From Alphaproteobacteria bacterium (GTDB lineage Bacteria; Pseudomonadota; Alphaproteobacteria; Rickettsiales; SXRF01): DNA of 48,606 nucleotides. The notes below the pieces were generated by a model. It did not search any database and was not told the origin of the DNA. It saw nothing but the letters and a program-made list of their open reading frames with translations. The stretch's first letter is position 1. Every line of letters starts with the position of its first letter. This document shows positions 19,896 to 28,988 of this stretch, piece by piece. The stretch is from the NCBI GenBank assembly GCA_013288305.1, contig JABDCD010000005.1, positions 1 to 48,606 on the forward strand. Direction: 5' to 3'. Both the position numbers and the translations under genes were made by a program.

Positions 19896-22121
19896 TTAAG
19901 AAAATCTATTCGTCCGCGGAAACCCCTGCGGCGGGAGGCGTCCGGCATCGGCGCGGTTGCCGAGCCAGTCCTTGAGGGCGGTTTCGGTGCGCGTCTTGCC
20001 GCCGAGCGCCCAGCTTAACCCTTCTTTCAGCGTGAACACTTTGACATCGGCCAAGCCGCCGTCCTTGTATTTTTGTAAAATAACTCCGGCGCCCTTTTTC
20101 ATCGGCGGGATTTGCGTGATCGGGAAAATCAGCAATTTGCGGTTGTCGCCGATGACGGCGACGTGATCGCCGCCTACGGGCGCGCACCTGACCGCCTTAT
20201 GCCCTTCCGGCACGTTCAGAATCTGCTTACCGCCGCGCGTCTGCGCCACCACGTCGGCGGCGTCGACGATGAAACCCTTGCCGACGCTCGACGCCACCAG
20301 CAATGTGCTGCCTTCGACATAGATGCACATGTCGGCGATGTCGGCGTCGTTCTCCATATCGATCATCAGGCGCACCGGCTCGCCGAAGCCCTTGCCGCGC
20401 GGGATTTTATCGCAGGGCAGCGTGTAGAAGCGGCCGTCGGTAGAGAATAATAATAACTTATCGGTGGTCTGCCCCTGCAACTGGAATTGTTCCTCGTCGC
20501 CTTCCTTGTGCTTGATGTCCGACAAGTCGAGCTGGTGCCCTTTGACGGCGCGCATCCAGCCCATTTTAGAACATAAAATCGTAATCGGCTCTTTTTCGAC
20601 AAAGGCTTCGATGTCGATCTCCATACCGGCGGGTGCCTCGGCGAACTGGGTGCGGCGCTTGCCCAGCGCTGTTTTCCCGCCGAAGCGCGCCTTGATGTCC
20701 TTGATTTCGTCGCCAATGCGTAACCAGCGTTTTTCTTCCGACTTGAGCAGCGAGTTCAGCTCTTTCTGTTCTTTCGACAGCGCATCGTGCTCGCCGCGAA
20801 TCTCGAATTCCTCCAGCTTGCGCAGATTGCGCAGGCGCATATTCAAAATCGCTTCGACCTGCACGTCGGTCAGCTTCCATTTTTTCATCATGATCGGTTT
20901 GGGCTCGTCTTCCTTGCGGATGATGCGGATGACCTCGTCGAGATTGAGATAGGCGATGAGCAAACCGCCCAGCACTTCGAGGCGATGGGCGATTTTGCCG
21001 AGACGGAAATGCGTGCGGCGCGACAGCACTTCCATGCGGTGGTCGAGGAACGACTGCAATATTTCCTGCAGATTCATCACGCGCGGCGCGCCCTTGGCGT
21101 CGAGCACGTTGAGGTTCATGTTGAAGCGCGTTTCCAGTTCCGTGACTTTGAACAGCGATTCCATCAGCATCTCGGGATCGACGCTGCGGTTTTTCGGCTC
21201 GAGCACGATGCGAATGTCCTCGGCCGATTCGTCGCGGATGTTGCCGAGCAGTTGCAGCTTTTTTTCCTTGAATTTTTCGGCGATGTCCTCGACCAGCTTG
21301 CCCTTTTGCACCTGGTAGGGGATTTCGCTGACGATAATCTGGTACATGCCGTGCGAAAGTTCCTCTTTTTCCCACTTGGCGCGGATGCGGATGCCGCCGC
21401 GGCCGGTTTCATACGCCGCGAGAATATTTTCCGCCGACTCGACGATGACGCCGCCGGTCGGGAAATCCGGGCCGGACACGCGCGTCACCAGATTTTTCAC
21501 TTTGCAATCAGGACGCTCGATTAAATAAAGCAGCGCGTCGCATAATTCGCCGGCATTATGCGGCGGAATCGACGTCGCCATGCCGACCGCGATGCCCTCC
21601 GAGCCGTTAGCCAATAAGTTCGGGAATGCTGCGGGAAGTACGATGGGTTCGGAATCTTCGCCGTCATAAGTGGCGCGGAAATTGACGGTGTCCTCGTCGA
21701 TGCCGTTCAGCAGCGCCATCGCTACTTCGGTGAGCCGCGCTTCGGTGTAACGCATCGCCGCCGGATTATCGCCGTCCACCGAGCCGAAATTGCCTTGTCC
21801 CTCGACCAGCGTGTAGCGCACGGCGAAGGTCTGGGCGAGGCGCACCATCGCCTCATACACCGCCACGTCGCCATGCGGATGGTATTTACCGATGACGTCG
21901 CCGACGACACGCGCGCATTTTTTATAGCCCGATTTGGGATCGAGCTTGAGTTGCAACATCGCATACAGCAACCGCCGATGCACCGGCTTCAGCCCGTCGC
22001 GCACGTCGGGCAACGACCGCGCCGTAATCGTTGACAGCGCATAGGCGAGATACTTCTCCTCCAGCGTCGTGCGGAAGGAGACGAGGTTGATGTGGTCTTC
22101 GCGTTTAGGCTTCGGTGCCAT
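19896..22121 (-). CDS. parC: DNA topoisomerase IV subunit A
   Basis: RSLPDVRDGLKPVHRR, YHPHGD and AAMRYTEARL motifs; 741 aa with a short C-terminal domain; next to recO. Confidence 0.93.
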   Translation of the reverse strand: MAPKPKREDHINLVSFRTTLEEKYLAYALSTITARSLPDVRDGLKPVHRRLLYAMLQLKLDPKSGYKKCARVVGDVIGKYHPHGDVAVYEAMVRLAQTFAVRYTLVEGQGNFGSVDGDNPAAMRYTEARLTEVAMALLNGIDEDTVNFRATYDGEDSEPIVLPAAFPNLLANGSEGIAVGMATSIPPHNAGELCDALLYLIERPDCKVKNLVTRVSGPDFPTGGVIVESAENILAAYETGRGGIRIRAKWEKEELSHGMYQIIVSEIPYQVQKGKLVEDIAEKFKEKKLQLLGNIRDESAEDIRIVLEPKNRSVDPEMLMESLFKVTELETRFNMNLNVLDAKGAPRVMNLQEILQSFLDHRMEVLSRRTHFRLGKIAHRLEVLGGLLIAYLNLDEVIRIIRKEDEPKPIMMKKWKLTDVQVEAILNMRLRNLRKLEEFEIRGEHDALSKEQKELNSLLKSEEKRWLRIGDEIKDIKARFGGKTALGKRRTQFAEAPAGMEIDIEAFVEKEPITILCSKMGWMRAVKGHQLDLSDIKHKEGDEEQFQLQGQTTDKLLLFSTDGRFYTLPCDKIPRGKGFGEPVRLMIDMENDADIADMCIYVEGSTLLVASSVGKGFIVDAADVVAQTRGGKQILNVPEGHKAVRCAPVGGDHVAVIGDNRKLLIFPITQIPPMKKGAGVILQKYKDGGLADVKVFTLKEGLSWALGGKTRTETALKDWLGNRADAGRLPPQGFPRTNRFS

Positions 22122-22146
22122 ACAATTCCGTATCTGTGTTTATAAG

Positions 22147-22692
22147 TTATCGTCCCAGTGCTGCCACTTTTGGTATGTCTCTTGAAATGAGCGCAAGGAT
22201 AGCTTGCTCCATAGCCTGTGATGCCTCGCCGACGACTTGAAATCTCACATGATCATTGCCGGCAGCAATAGCCTCGTTGAACTCTTTCAATTTGTTTCGT
22301 GTGAATGTCCTGATTATGCGGGCATGCATTTTGATCATGGCATCCTCGGCAGTCTCTTGTGTAATATCCGACCCCGAGGGCGTCACAGGCAATAATGCCA
22401 GTATAGTAGCGGGGGAATTGTCTTTGGCAGGAAGGTATATCATATGAATGTCAGAAGGAAGCTCACTTGTTATCTGGTTATTGACCAGTGCTTCATGCAG
22501 ATTTTTAATGACCGGATCATTGCCTGTGATTTCCATATATGCGGCGGAAAAAGTAAGCGGCAGACGATAACGCGCCCGCGTCGTCGCCGGAATTTCTAAA
22601 AATGAACTGTTGATAGCTAGTTTTATGTCACTGACCCGGACAATAGGCTCAGACTTTTTCGGCATGAGTTTTGAAGGTGGATCAGTCCGCAT
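22147..22692 (-). CDS. hypothetical protein, low GC orphan
   Basis: 181 aa ORF filling the recO-parC gap on the same strand; start overlaps the recO stop. Confidence 0.7.
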   Translation of the reverse strand: MRTDPPSKLMPKKSEPIVRVSDIKLAINSSFLEIPATTRARYRLPLTFSAAYMEITGNDPVIKNLHEALVNNQITSELPSDIHMIYLPAKDNSPATILALLPVTPSGSDITQETAEDAMIKMHARIIRTFTRNKLKEFNEAIAAGNDHVRFQVVGEASQAMEQAILALISRDIPKVAALGR

Positions 22693-23428
22693 TTATTTTT
22701 GCCTCTTGTTGTAACGTCTGCACTAGTCTTCCCCGCGCAGGCGGGAGTTTCCGGTTATGCGGCGCAAGCAACCAGTGTTCGAGAAAGTAGCCGGTTAGCC
22801 GCAGTCCTGCAAGGGTTTCCTTACTTCCCCCTCCCCCTGCAGGGGGAGGGGGAAGTAAGAAAGCAGGCAGCGCCAGCAACTTCTCTTTATACGGCTCTCC
22901 CGCCTCGGCCGATACGGCGCGCCCCGATTTAGGCGAGACATACATCAAATTCTCCGTCGCGCCGCCGCCCGCGCATTGGCTTAAGTCCAACCCGAATCCC
23001 GTCTCGGCCAGCAGCGAAAGCTCCAGTTTTACATAGGCTTCCGGCCATCCCTCGTCGCTGCGGAGCGTGGCCAGAAACGCCTCAAATATCCCATATAATT
23101 TCGGGTAGGGATGTCGCTCCGGCAGCGATGATTCTATGACGGCACAGATGGACGTCAGCGCCGCCAGCCGCGCCGCATCGTTCATGAGCCCAGCCGCATT
23201 TGCCTCCAGCAATTCGCATTTGAACGCGCCCAGATGTTCCGACAATCGCGCCTGCCAGGTGGCGCTTACGAGATTGCCGGGCTGGATGACGCCGCGGTTG
23301 GCTTTGGAATGTACGCCGCGCACCACCCCGGCTGAGAGGCCGTGCTTCTGCGAAAATACCCGCGCCACGGCGCTGGTTTCCCCGTGTTTTCTGGATGATA
23401 ATACAATCGCTTCGTCCGTCCAGTGCAT
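22682..23428 (-). CDS. recO: DNA repair protein RecO
   Basis: MHWTDEAIVLSSRKHGE, WQARLSEHLG, GFGLDLSQC and YVSPKSGRAVS motifs. Confidence 0.96.
   Translation of the reverse strand: MHWTDEAIVLSSRKHGETSAVARVFSQKHGLSAGVVRGVHSKANRGVIQPGNLVSATWQARLSEHLGAFKCELLEANAAGLMNDAARLAALTSICAVIESSLPERHPYPKLYGIFEAFLATLRSDEGWPEAYVKLELSLLAETGFGLDLSQCAGGGATENLMYVSPKSGRAVSAEAGEPYKEKLLALPAFLLPPPPAGGGGSKETLAGLRLTGYFLEHWLLAPHNRKLPPARGRLVQTLQQEAKINAD
22820..22859. repeat. perfect 40-bp palindrome inside recO
   Basis: CTTACTTCCCCCTCCCCCTG|CAGGGGGAGGGGGAAGTAAG. Confidence 0.95.
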
Positions 23429-23510
23429 AATATCGCTCTATCGCTTGCAATCCCATGGATAATCGTTAAATTACCGCTTATCCAGTCAACTGACAAAGCA
23501 TTTAAATATT

Positions 23511-24134
23511 ATGAGCAACCAAAATAAACGCGACCGGCTGATCGAATCCGCCGCCCTGCTTTTTCATCACAAGGGGCTGACGGCCACGTCGCTGGCCGAT
23601 ATCGCCAATAAAGCCGAAATTCCCATCGGCAACGTCTATTATTATTTCAAGACCAAGGAAGAACTGGCGCTGGCCGCCATCGCCCGGCGCAAGGAGCAGT
23701 TCAGCGCCGCCTACGCGCAGCTGGAGGAAAGCGTCCCCGACCCGCGCCAGCGGCTGATCGAAGCGGTGCATTATTTCGATAAAGTCCGCGACGAATATAC
23801 GCGCTACGGCTGCCCGGTCGGAAAAATCATCGACGATGCCGATGTCGAAAAAGACGCGGTGGCGCAAACCGCCGCGCAGGTGCTGGCGGATTTTGTCGAT
23901 TGGGCCGAGCGCCAGTTCAAGAGCCTCGGCCACACCGCCGACGGGCGCAAATACGCGACGTCGCTGATGGCCGGCATCCAGGGTGCGGCGATCATGGCCA
24001 AGGCGCTGCGCGATCCGCAGATTATTTCCGATGAAATGGCACGCATCATCGCCTGGATCGAAACGCTGCCCAACCGCAAGATTCAGCTGGGCAAGGTGGG
24101 CATCAAATCGCCGGACGTTTCCAACGCCGCTTGA
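23511..24134 (+). CDS. TetR/AcrR family transcriptional regulator
   Basis: TSLADIANKAEIPIGNVYYYFKTKEEL helix-turn-helix; GCP motif. Confidence 0.93.
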   Translation: MSNQNKRDRLIESAALLFHHKGLTATSLADIANKAEIPIGNVYYYFKTKEELALAAIARRKEQFSAAYAQLEESVPDPRQRLIEAVHYFDKVRDEYTRYGCPVGKIIDDADVEKDAVAQTAAQVLADFVDWAERQFKSLGHTADGRKYATSLMAGIQGAAIMAKALRDPQIISDEMARIIAWIETLPNRKIQLGKVGIKSPDVSNAA

Positions 24135-24146
24135 GTTTCGTTCTTT

Positions 24147-25091
24147 ATGTCCAAGCCTTTTATGATCGGCCTGATCCAGATGCGCATGGGCAAACATGCG
24201 AAGGAAAATTTGGACAAGGCCTGCGCCATGCTGGAACAGGCGGCGGCGGGAGGCGTGCAGGTGGCCTGTCTGCCGGAATTATTTCTCACCGAATATTTCT
24301 GCCAGCGCGAAGACGCGGCGCTTTTCGATTTAGCCGAGCCGATTCCGGGGCCGACGACTGAGGCGTTGGGAAAAATTGCCAAAAAAACCGGCATGGCGAT
24401 TGTCGGCTCGATTTTCGAGCGGCGGACGGCGGGCGTCTATCACAATACGGCAGCCATCATCGAGCGCGACGGAACGCTGGCGGGCGTTTACCGTAAGATG
24501 CACATTCCGCACGACCCGTTATTTTACGAGAAATATTATTTCACGCCCGGCGATCTCGGCTTCAAAGCCTTCGACATCAGCGCCGGAAAAATCGGCACGC
24601 TCGTCTGCTGGGACCAATGGTATCCCGAAGCCGCGCGCCTCACCGCCATGCAGGGCGCGAATGTGTTATTCTACCCGACCGCCATCGGCTGGCACCCCAA
24701 GGAAAAAGCCGAGTTCGGCGAAGCGCAGGTTTCCGCGTGGGAAACCATGCAGCGTTCGCACGCCATCGCCAACGGCGTCTATGTCGCGGCGGTGAATAGG
24801 GTTGGGCATGAACGTATTAATCCTGTGCGAGCACAGCGAGGCACAGGATCTACTGCAGGAGATCCTGCGCAGCCTTGCGGCTCGCAGGATGAAGGGATCG
24901 AATTCTTCGGCCATTCCTTCATCTGCGATCCGTTCGGGCGCATCCTGGCTATGGGCAGTCACGACAAAGAGGAAATCCTGACCGCCACCGTCGACCCAGC
25001 CCTGATCGAAGACACCCGCCGCAACTGGCCGTTTTTTCGGGACAGGCGCGTGGATGCCTATGGGAATATTACCGAACGGTTTGGAAATTAG
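24147..25091 (+). CDS. aguB: carbon-nitrogen hydrolase, N-carbamoylputrescine amidase-like, with an in-frame palindromic insert
   Basis: LPELF, YRKMHIP, EKYYFTPGD and VCWDQWYPE give the Glu-Lys-Cys triad; adjacent to agmatine deiminase. Confidence 0.88.
   Translation: MSKPFMIGLIQMRMGKHAKENLDKACAMLEQAAAGGVQVACLPELFLTEYFCQREDAALFDLAEPIPGPTTEALGKIAKKTGMAIVGSIFERRTAGVYHNTAAIIERDGTLAGVYRKMHIPHDPLFYEKYYFTPGDLGFKAFDISAGKIGTLVCWDQWYPEAARLTAMQGANVLFYPTAIGWHPKEKAEFGEAQVSAWETMQRSHAIANGVYVAAVNRVGHERINPVRAQRGTGSTAGDPAQPCGSQDEGIEFFGHSFICDPFGRILAMGSHDKEEILTATVDPALIEDTRRNWPFFRDRRVDAYGNITERFGN
24817..24893. repeat. palindromic element, ATCCTG family, copy 1 (inside aguB)
   Basis: Its reverse complement aligns with 31683-31762. 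Confidence 0.9.
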
Positions 25092-25094
25092 CAC

Positions 25095-26132
25095 ATGGCC
25101 TTACAATTGAGGATGCCCGCCGAGTGGGAGAAGCACGAAGCGACGCTGCTCGCCTGGCCGCATCATAAAAACGATTGGCCGGGCAAGTTCGAGCCGATTC
25201 CGTGGGTGTACGGCGAGATTATCCGCTATTTGACAAAACATGAGCGCGTGCGCCTGCTGGTGCAGAATGAAAAAGAAAAAACCAAAGCCGCCGATATTTT
25301 AGAACGTGCCGGCGTTGATATGGGTAAGGTGGATTTTTACGTTACCTCCACCAACCGCGTCTGGCTGCGCGACTGCGGGCCGATATTTGTGCGGGACGCG
25401 GCGAGCAAGAAAGCGATGCTCGATTTTCGCTTCAACGCCTGGGCGAAATATTCCAATCATCATCTCGATGACAAAGTTCCGGCAAAATTGAACGAGCACT
25501 TGAAATTAGAACGCATCCAGCCGATGCACAAAGACCGGCGCATCGTGCTCGAAGGGGGCGCCATCGACGTTAACGGCAAAGGCACATTACTGACCACGGA
25601 GGAATGTTTATTGAGCAAAGTCCAATGCCGCAATCCCGGTTTCGCGCGCGAGGATTATGAGGAGATTTTTGCAAAATATCTCGGCATCGAACAGGTTGTC
25701 TGGCTGGGCAACGGCATCACCGGCGACGACACGCACGGCCATGTTGATGATCTTGCCCGTTTCGTCAATCCAACCACCGTCGTTACCGTTATTGAGAAAA
25801 ACAAACGCGATGCCAATTACGCGCCGCTTCAGGACAATCTCAAGCGATTGAAATCAGCACGCGACCAGAACGGAAAGAAATTGACCGTCGTCGAACTGCC
25901 GATGCCGAAACCGTTGATGTTTGAAGGCCAGCGCCTTCCGGCCTCTTACGCTAATTTTTATATCGCGGATAAGCTGGTGCTGATGCCGACCTTCAACGAC
26001 CCCGCCGACCGTATGGCGCTGTCGATACTGGTGGAATGTTTCCCCGGGCGCGAAGTGGTGGGCATTCATGCCGTCGATCTGGTATGGGGATTTGGCACGT
26101 TGCATTGCATGAGCCAGCAGGAGCCGGTTTAA
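25095..26132 (+). CDS. aguA: agmatine deiminase family protein
   Basis: MPAEWEKH, WLRDCGP, LEGGAI, DDTHGHVD, ASYANFY and GTLHCMSQQ motifs. Confidence 0.93.
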   Translation: MALQLRMPAEWEKHEATLLAWPHHKNDWPGKFEPIPWVYGEIIRYLTKHERVRLLVQNEKEKTKAADILERAGVDMGKVDFYVTSTNRVWLRDCGPIFVRDAASKKAMLDFRFNAWAKYSNHHLDDKVPAKLNEHLKLERIQPMHKDRRIVLEGGAIDVNGKGTLLTTEECLLSKVQCRNPGFAREDYEEIFAKYLGIEQVVWLGNGITGDDTHGHVDDLARFVNPTTVVTVIEKNKRDANYAPLQDNLKRLKSARDQNGKKLTVVELPMPKPLMFEGQRLPASYANFYIADKLVLMPTFNDPADRMALSILVECFPGREVVGIHAVDLVWGFGTLHCMSQQEPV

Positions 26133-26136
26133 TACT

Positions 26137-26613
26137 TTATGTCCTAAGATTTCCGCCGCGCCTTTTGCCGCGTTTAAGAGCACTCACTTCAAGGCGATCA
26201 GGATCGCCCATCCCTTTCAACATGCTGCCGATTTGTTCAATGGCTACAGGGGTCGTTATCTTGCCCGGATTAATGATGATGGCGCCGGTATCTTGATGTT
26301 CGCCTTGATCACTAAGGTAAAGCATATCTCTATCTTTGGGAACCGTTAGGCCTTCCGGTAATTTACTTGCAATATCATCTATTAGACCACTCAATGCGAT
26401 TCTTGGTTTGCGCGTGCTTGGAGAAGGGATAAGCATAATGGCAATTCTCGATTTTGATGCATCGTTTTCAGTCTCACTCACGGGAAAAACGTATGCACGA
26501 ATGGCGTTAGGCAACTGCCACTCTTTTAAGGACTTGGCTTTGCGCGCGGCATTTGCAGCAATTCTTATGCTTTTTATTTCTGCTGCATTTGAATGTTGGG
26601 GATCTGTAGGCAT
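26137..26613 (-). CDS. hypothetical protein, low GC orphan
   Basis: 158 aa; GGAG RBS; basic C-terminus. Confidence 0.7.
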   Translation of the reverse strand: MPTDPQHSNAAEIKSIRIAANAARKAKSLKEWQLPNAIRAYVFPVSETENDASKSRIAIMLIPSPSTRKPRIALSGLIDDIASKLPEGLTVPKDRDMLYLSDQGEHQDTGAIIINPGKITTPVAIEQIGSMLKGMGDPDRLEVSALKRGKRRGGNLRT

Positions 26614-26745
26614 ACATACTCCATCAAGTTAATAAAATTCACTAAATTTTATTAAATTTTTAAGATGGCGTCAAGCTAAATGGCACTAATCAAATAATAA
26701 CAATTGTTTAATCAACTTATGTGCGGAGCTTTCGGCGTGTGTATA

Positions 26746-27474
26746 TTATAAAATAGCTCCGGCCAAAATCCGCGTTACGTATTCCGGCACGACGCGCGTC
26801 GCCGGGCCATAGATTTTTTCCTCGAACAGCGTATGGCCGTTCGACGGCTCCATGTTGAGTTCAACCGTATGCCCGCGGCCGGACGCGCGCACCTCATGGA
26901 CGAAACCGGCGGCGGGATAGACGTTGCCGGAGGTGCCGATCGACAGGAATAAATCACAATCGCGCAGCGCGTGATAAATCCTGTCCATGTAAAGCGGCAT
27001 CTCACCGAACCAGACGATATGCGGCCGGAGCCGGCCCGGTTTTTTGCAGCAGGGGCAGCGGGTTTCGACGGTGATATTCTCATCCCATGGAAATATTTCC
27101 TCGCTGACGCCGCAGCGGGCTTTGCGCAGTTCACCGTGCATGTGCCACAGCGCGAAGCCGTCTCCCAGTGTTTTTCCTTCGCCCGCGCGTTCGTGCAGGT
27201 CATCGACATTCTGCGTAATGAGAAAGTATTTTCCGTCCCACTGTGCGGCCAATTCCGCCAGCGCCAGATGTGCGGCGTTGGGTTTCACCTCTTTCAATTG
27301 CTTACGGCGCATGTTGTAAAACTCCTGCACCAGAGCCGGATTGCGAAGGTAAGCTTCCGGCGTGGCGACGTCCTCGATGCGGTGACTGCACCACAGCCCG
27401 CCATTGTCGCGGAAGGTAGGAACGCCCGATTCCGCCGAGATGCCGGAGCCGGTCAGGATGACGATGGTCTTCAT
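26746..27474 (-). CDS. cobB: NAD-dependent deacylase (sirtuin)
   Basis: [39 protein letters not shown] and [10 protein letters not shown] motifs. Confidence 0.95.
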   Translation of the reverse strand: MKTIVILTGSGISAESGVPTFRDNGGLWCSHRIEDVATPEAYLRNPALVQEFYNMRRKQLKEVKPNAAHLALAELAAQWDGKYFLITQNVDDLHERAGEGKTLGDGFALWHMHGELRKARCGVSEEIFPWDENITVETRCPCCKKPGRLRPHIVWFGEMPLYMDRIYHALRDCDLFLSIGTSGNVYPAAGFVHEVRASGRGHTVELNMEPSNGHTLFEEKIYGPATRVVPEYVTRILAGAIL

Positions 27475-28988
27475 GTAAATTTTATGGCCTCTTCCGCCGC
27501 GCGCATCAGCGCCTGCGCTTTGTTGACCGCTTCCTGGTATTCGGCTTCGGCCTCGCTTTCGGCGACGATGCCGCCGCCGGCTTGCACGTATAATTTGCCG
27601 TCCTTGACCAGGCCGGTGCGCAGCGCGATGCAGGTATCCATATTACCGTTGCCGGAGAAATAGCCGATGCATCCGGCGTAAAAGCTGCGGCGCTCAGGCT
27701 CCAGTTCGTCGATGATTTCCATGGCGCGGATTTTCGGCGCGCCGGAGACGGTGCCCGCGGGGAACCCGGCAATCAGCGCCGACAACGCGTCGAATTTCGG
27801 GTCGAGCTCGCCCACGACGTTGGAGACGATGTGCATCACGTGCGAATAATTTTCGATGGCCATGTGCTGCGTCGTCTGCACCGTGCCGATTTTGGCGACG
27901 CGGCCGACATCGTTGCGGCCCAAATCGAGCAGCATCAGATGCTCGGAAATTTCCTTGGGGTCGGAGAGCAAATCTTTGGCCAGCAATTGGTCTTCCGCCT
28001 TGTCACGCCCGCGCTTTCGCGTCCCGGCGATGGGGCGGATGGTGACTTCGCCGTCGCGCAGGCGCACCAGAATTTCCGGGCTGGAGCCGACCAGGGTGAA
28101 TTTTCCGAAGCTCAGATAAAACAAAAACGGCGACGGGTTTAATTGCCTGAGCGCGCGATACAGCGAAAACGGCGGCAGGCTGAACGGCGCGGAGAAGCGC
28201 TGTGACAGGACGGCCTGGAAAATATCCCCCGCCTTGATATATTCGCGCGCGCGTTCGATCATGTCGTTATAATAATCGCGCGTCGTGTTCGAAACGAAAT
28301 CCTCGATTTTTACCAGCGGGAATTGGCGCTTTTCCGGTGGCGGCACCGGCGCGGCAAGCTTGTCCAGTACGTGCCGGATGCGTTTTTTTGCGGCGTCGTA
28401 GGCGGCCTTGGCGTCGCTGCGCTCGGTATCCGCCCAGATGGCGGTGACGATGAAAATCTTGTCGGTCACGGCGTCGAAAATTACCATCAGCTTGGGGCGG
28501 ATGAAGCAGCTGTCGGGGATGCCGATGACGTCGGGCTTGCTGTCGGGTAACTCTTCCATCAGCTTCACCATGTCGTAACCCATATAGCCGACGAGACCTG
28601 CGGCCATGGGCGGCAGGCCTTCCGGGATGTCGATTTTCGAGGCTTCGTACAGCTTGCGCAAAGAGGTCAGAGCATCTTCTTCGCAAGGTTCGCAATGCGC
28701 TTCGTCGAGCGTTTCATTATAGCAAATTTCGGCTTTATTGCCGTGGCAGCGCCAGAGGATGTCCGGCATCAGGCCGATCACCGAATAGCGCCCGCGGATT
28801 TCGCCTTTTTCCACCGATTCGAGCAGGAAGCACGGGCTGTCGCCGTCCATCAGCCGCAGCATGGCGCTCACCGGCGTGTCGAGGTCGGCGGGAACCGTCG
28901 TCCACACCAGTTGCGACAGGCCATGCGCGAAGCGCTGGCTGAAGGTGTCCTGTGCGGGAAAAATCGTGGGGTTGGGAGTGGGCAGCAT
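27471..28988 (-). CDS. trpE: anthranilate synthase component I
   Basis: [36 protein letters not shown] and GTVSGAPK motifs. Confidence 0.96.
   Translation of the reverse strand: MLPTPNPTIFPAQDTFSQRFAHGLSQLVWTTVPADLDTPVSAMLRLMDGDSPCFLLESVEKGEIRGRYSVIGLMPDILWRCHGNKAEICYNETLDEAHCEPCEEDALTSLRKLYEASKIDIPEGLPPMAAGLVGYMGYDMVKLMEELPDSKPDVIGIPDSCFIRPKLMVIFDAVTDKIFIVTAIWADTERSDAKAAYDAAKKRIRHVLDKLAAPVPPPEKRQFPLVKIEDFVSNTTRDYYNDMIERAREYIKAGDIFQAVLSQRFSAPFSLPPFSLYRALRQLNPSPFLFYLSFGKFTLVGSSPEILVRLRDGEVTIRPIAGTRKRGRDKAEDQLLAKDLLSDPKEISEHLMLLDLGRNDVGRVAKIGTVQTTQHMAIENYSHVMHIVSNVVGELDPKFDALSALIAGFPAGTVSGAPKIRAMEIIDELEPERRSFYAGCIGYFSGNGNMDTCIALRTGLVKDGKLYVQAGGGIVAESEAEAEYQEAVNKAQALMRAAEEAIKFT

Noticed and set aside
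19896-22121. gyrA call, and Val after HPHGD as acquired quinolone resistance
   Set aside because: Length, short C-terminal domain and recO linkage favour parC; this position varies naturally in alphaproteobacteria.
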